Assembly: GCA_047495785.1 (NCBI GenBank)
Contig: JBLDXI010000015.1
Span: 434,001-498,000 of the forward strand
Reading direction: 5' to 3'
Origin: Lepidodermella squamata
Lineage: Eukaryota; Animalia; Gastrotricha
Length of the DNA stretch: 64,000 bases
Below the pieces are notes generated by a model. The model had not been told where the DNA came from and ran no database searches. It was given only the letters and a program-made list of their open reading frames with translations. Of the stretch, positions 62,770-64,000 are shown piece by piece (the first letter of the stretch is position 1; each line of letters begins with the position of its first letter). Made by a program: the position numbers and the translations under genes.

Positions 62770-64000
62770 ATGAAATCGCTCAGCCATTTAATTGTTTTCA
62801 TCGGCTTTGCGCTCACTAAAGTTCGATGTGATGAATGGGTGACTCTACCTGAGTTGGCTAACAAGCTACCAAGTCAACTTGAGGCTCTCTTCGAATTGGC
62901 TACGACAAAGGGCGAGTGCGCTTTGACTTGCGACAAATACGGCGAGGTTTGCAGCAGTTTTGCATTCAGTGAGAAACTGGGAGCGTGCAAGTTGTTTGAA
63001 CACCAAAATTTGACCAATCCCGTGCCAGATTTGGATAATGACGGCGAGAACGGGATGTTCACCATGTATTATCGAGTAAGTGACGTTTAAGAATTATTCC
63101 GGTTTAGAAAATTCTTCATCCTCCACCCACAGAGATCATGGTGTCCTTACGGCTGGGTCTCGGATCCCGTTTCTCGGCGATGTTACCTCATGGCTCCGCA
63201 AGCGTCCACACGCCTTCTAGCTTGGAAGGTTTGCGACGAGGCTCACATGTCGGAACTGGTAACTTTTGAGTCGGCACAACAGCGCGATGCGCTTTATCAA
63301 CTTGTGAGGGAAAACTATCCAGATGTAAACAAATGGTGGACTGGATATGCTAAATTTGACAACCGATTGTGGCCGAGACCCGTCGAAGGTGAGTTATTTT
63401 TCTGCTTCAAGAACGCAGAGTCAGTTCATTTACTATTTCTGAGGAAAAAATAGCATTTCGGGCAATTAGGTAGCATTGACTTCGAAATTTGGAGCTTCAA
63501 AGTCATTATTGGGCTAATAGCTTAGATTTGGGGATGCAAGGCTAGATTCCGGGACAGAAAATTGAATTTGAGGATGTAGATTCCAAAACTCAATTAAGTT
63601 TCGAATCTTCCGAATCTCAAACACGTTGTTTCCAATTACATACTTTCCTAATCTAGAGTTGTTTGGCTATGTCAAGATTCGTGGAGCGTGTGCAGGCTCA
63701 GATATCTTCGCTCAACCGCTGTCTGTTTCGCTGGAAGCATGCGCTGCGAAGTGTGATAAATCCCTGAAGAACAAATGCGTATCATTTACCTATAACTATC
63801 GAACTTCGGAATGTTCGCCCAAACTAAAAACTTGCCAAATATCAAGCGGTGCGCTAACGTCCGATCTTTGGACCTACGAAAAAGCTTTCAACCGACGACC
63901 ACCATCTCTTGAAGTCGGCGCACGAATCAGCGCTAATTCCTATCAACCCGTATTCAATCAGAGCCAATGGGCCTGTTATCAGCTGTGTCAAAGCCGAATC
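62770..64000 (+). CDS. Paralogue of the PAN/CTL/kringle gene, 5' part (runs off the window)
   Basis: Exons homologous to 56211 onward (EWVTLPELANKLPSQL, WWTGYAKFDNRLWPRPVE, LEACAAKCDKSLKNKCVSFTY) with the same intron positions. Confidence 0.85.

Overview
Eukaryotic (metazoan invertebrate-type) genomic DNA with very short GT-AG introns (mostly 50-60 nt); the taxon cannot be fixed from sequence alone. Nearly every gene encodes a secreted, surface or defence-type protein. In order: two intronless, probably GPI-anchored beta-propeller paralogues (0.9-4.5 kb); a divergent Cys-loop ion channel (6.6-8.0 kb); a 4-exon Apaf-1/CED-4-like protein (putative CARD, NB-ARC, ankyrin repeats) ending in a CaaX box (8.4-12.0 kb); and a small Cys-rich type II membrane protein (16.1-16.4 kb). 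Six copies of a two-exon secreted peptide-precursor family that I do not recognise lie between 5.4 and 32.4 kb. Three of them sit tail-to-tail with a large PAN/F5-8/LamG lectin-like gene (33.6-38.5 kb) or with its transposon-broken remnants. Then come seven non-canonical CAP/SCP genes (12 CAP domains, 5 sushi-like modules, low-complexity repeats; 40.1-61.9 kb) and two PAN/C-type-lectin/kringle mosaic genes (56.2 kb to the window end). The 17-32 kb region is a tandem-duplication zone with several non-autonomous transposons whose TIRs, and in most cases TSDs, can be read directly. Gene models were spliced by eye and domain calls rest on motif recognition, not database searches.
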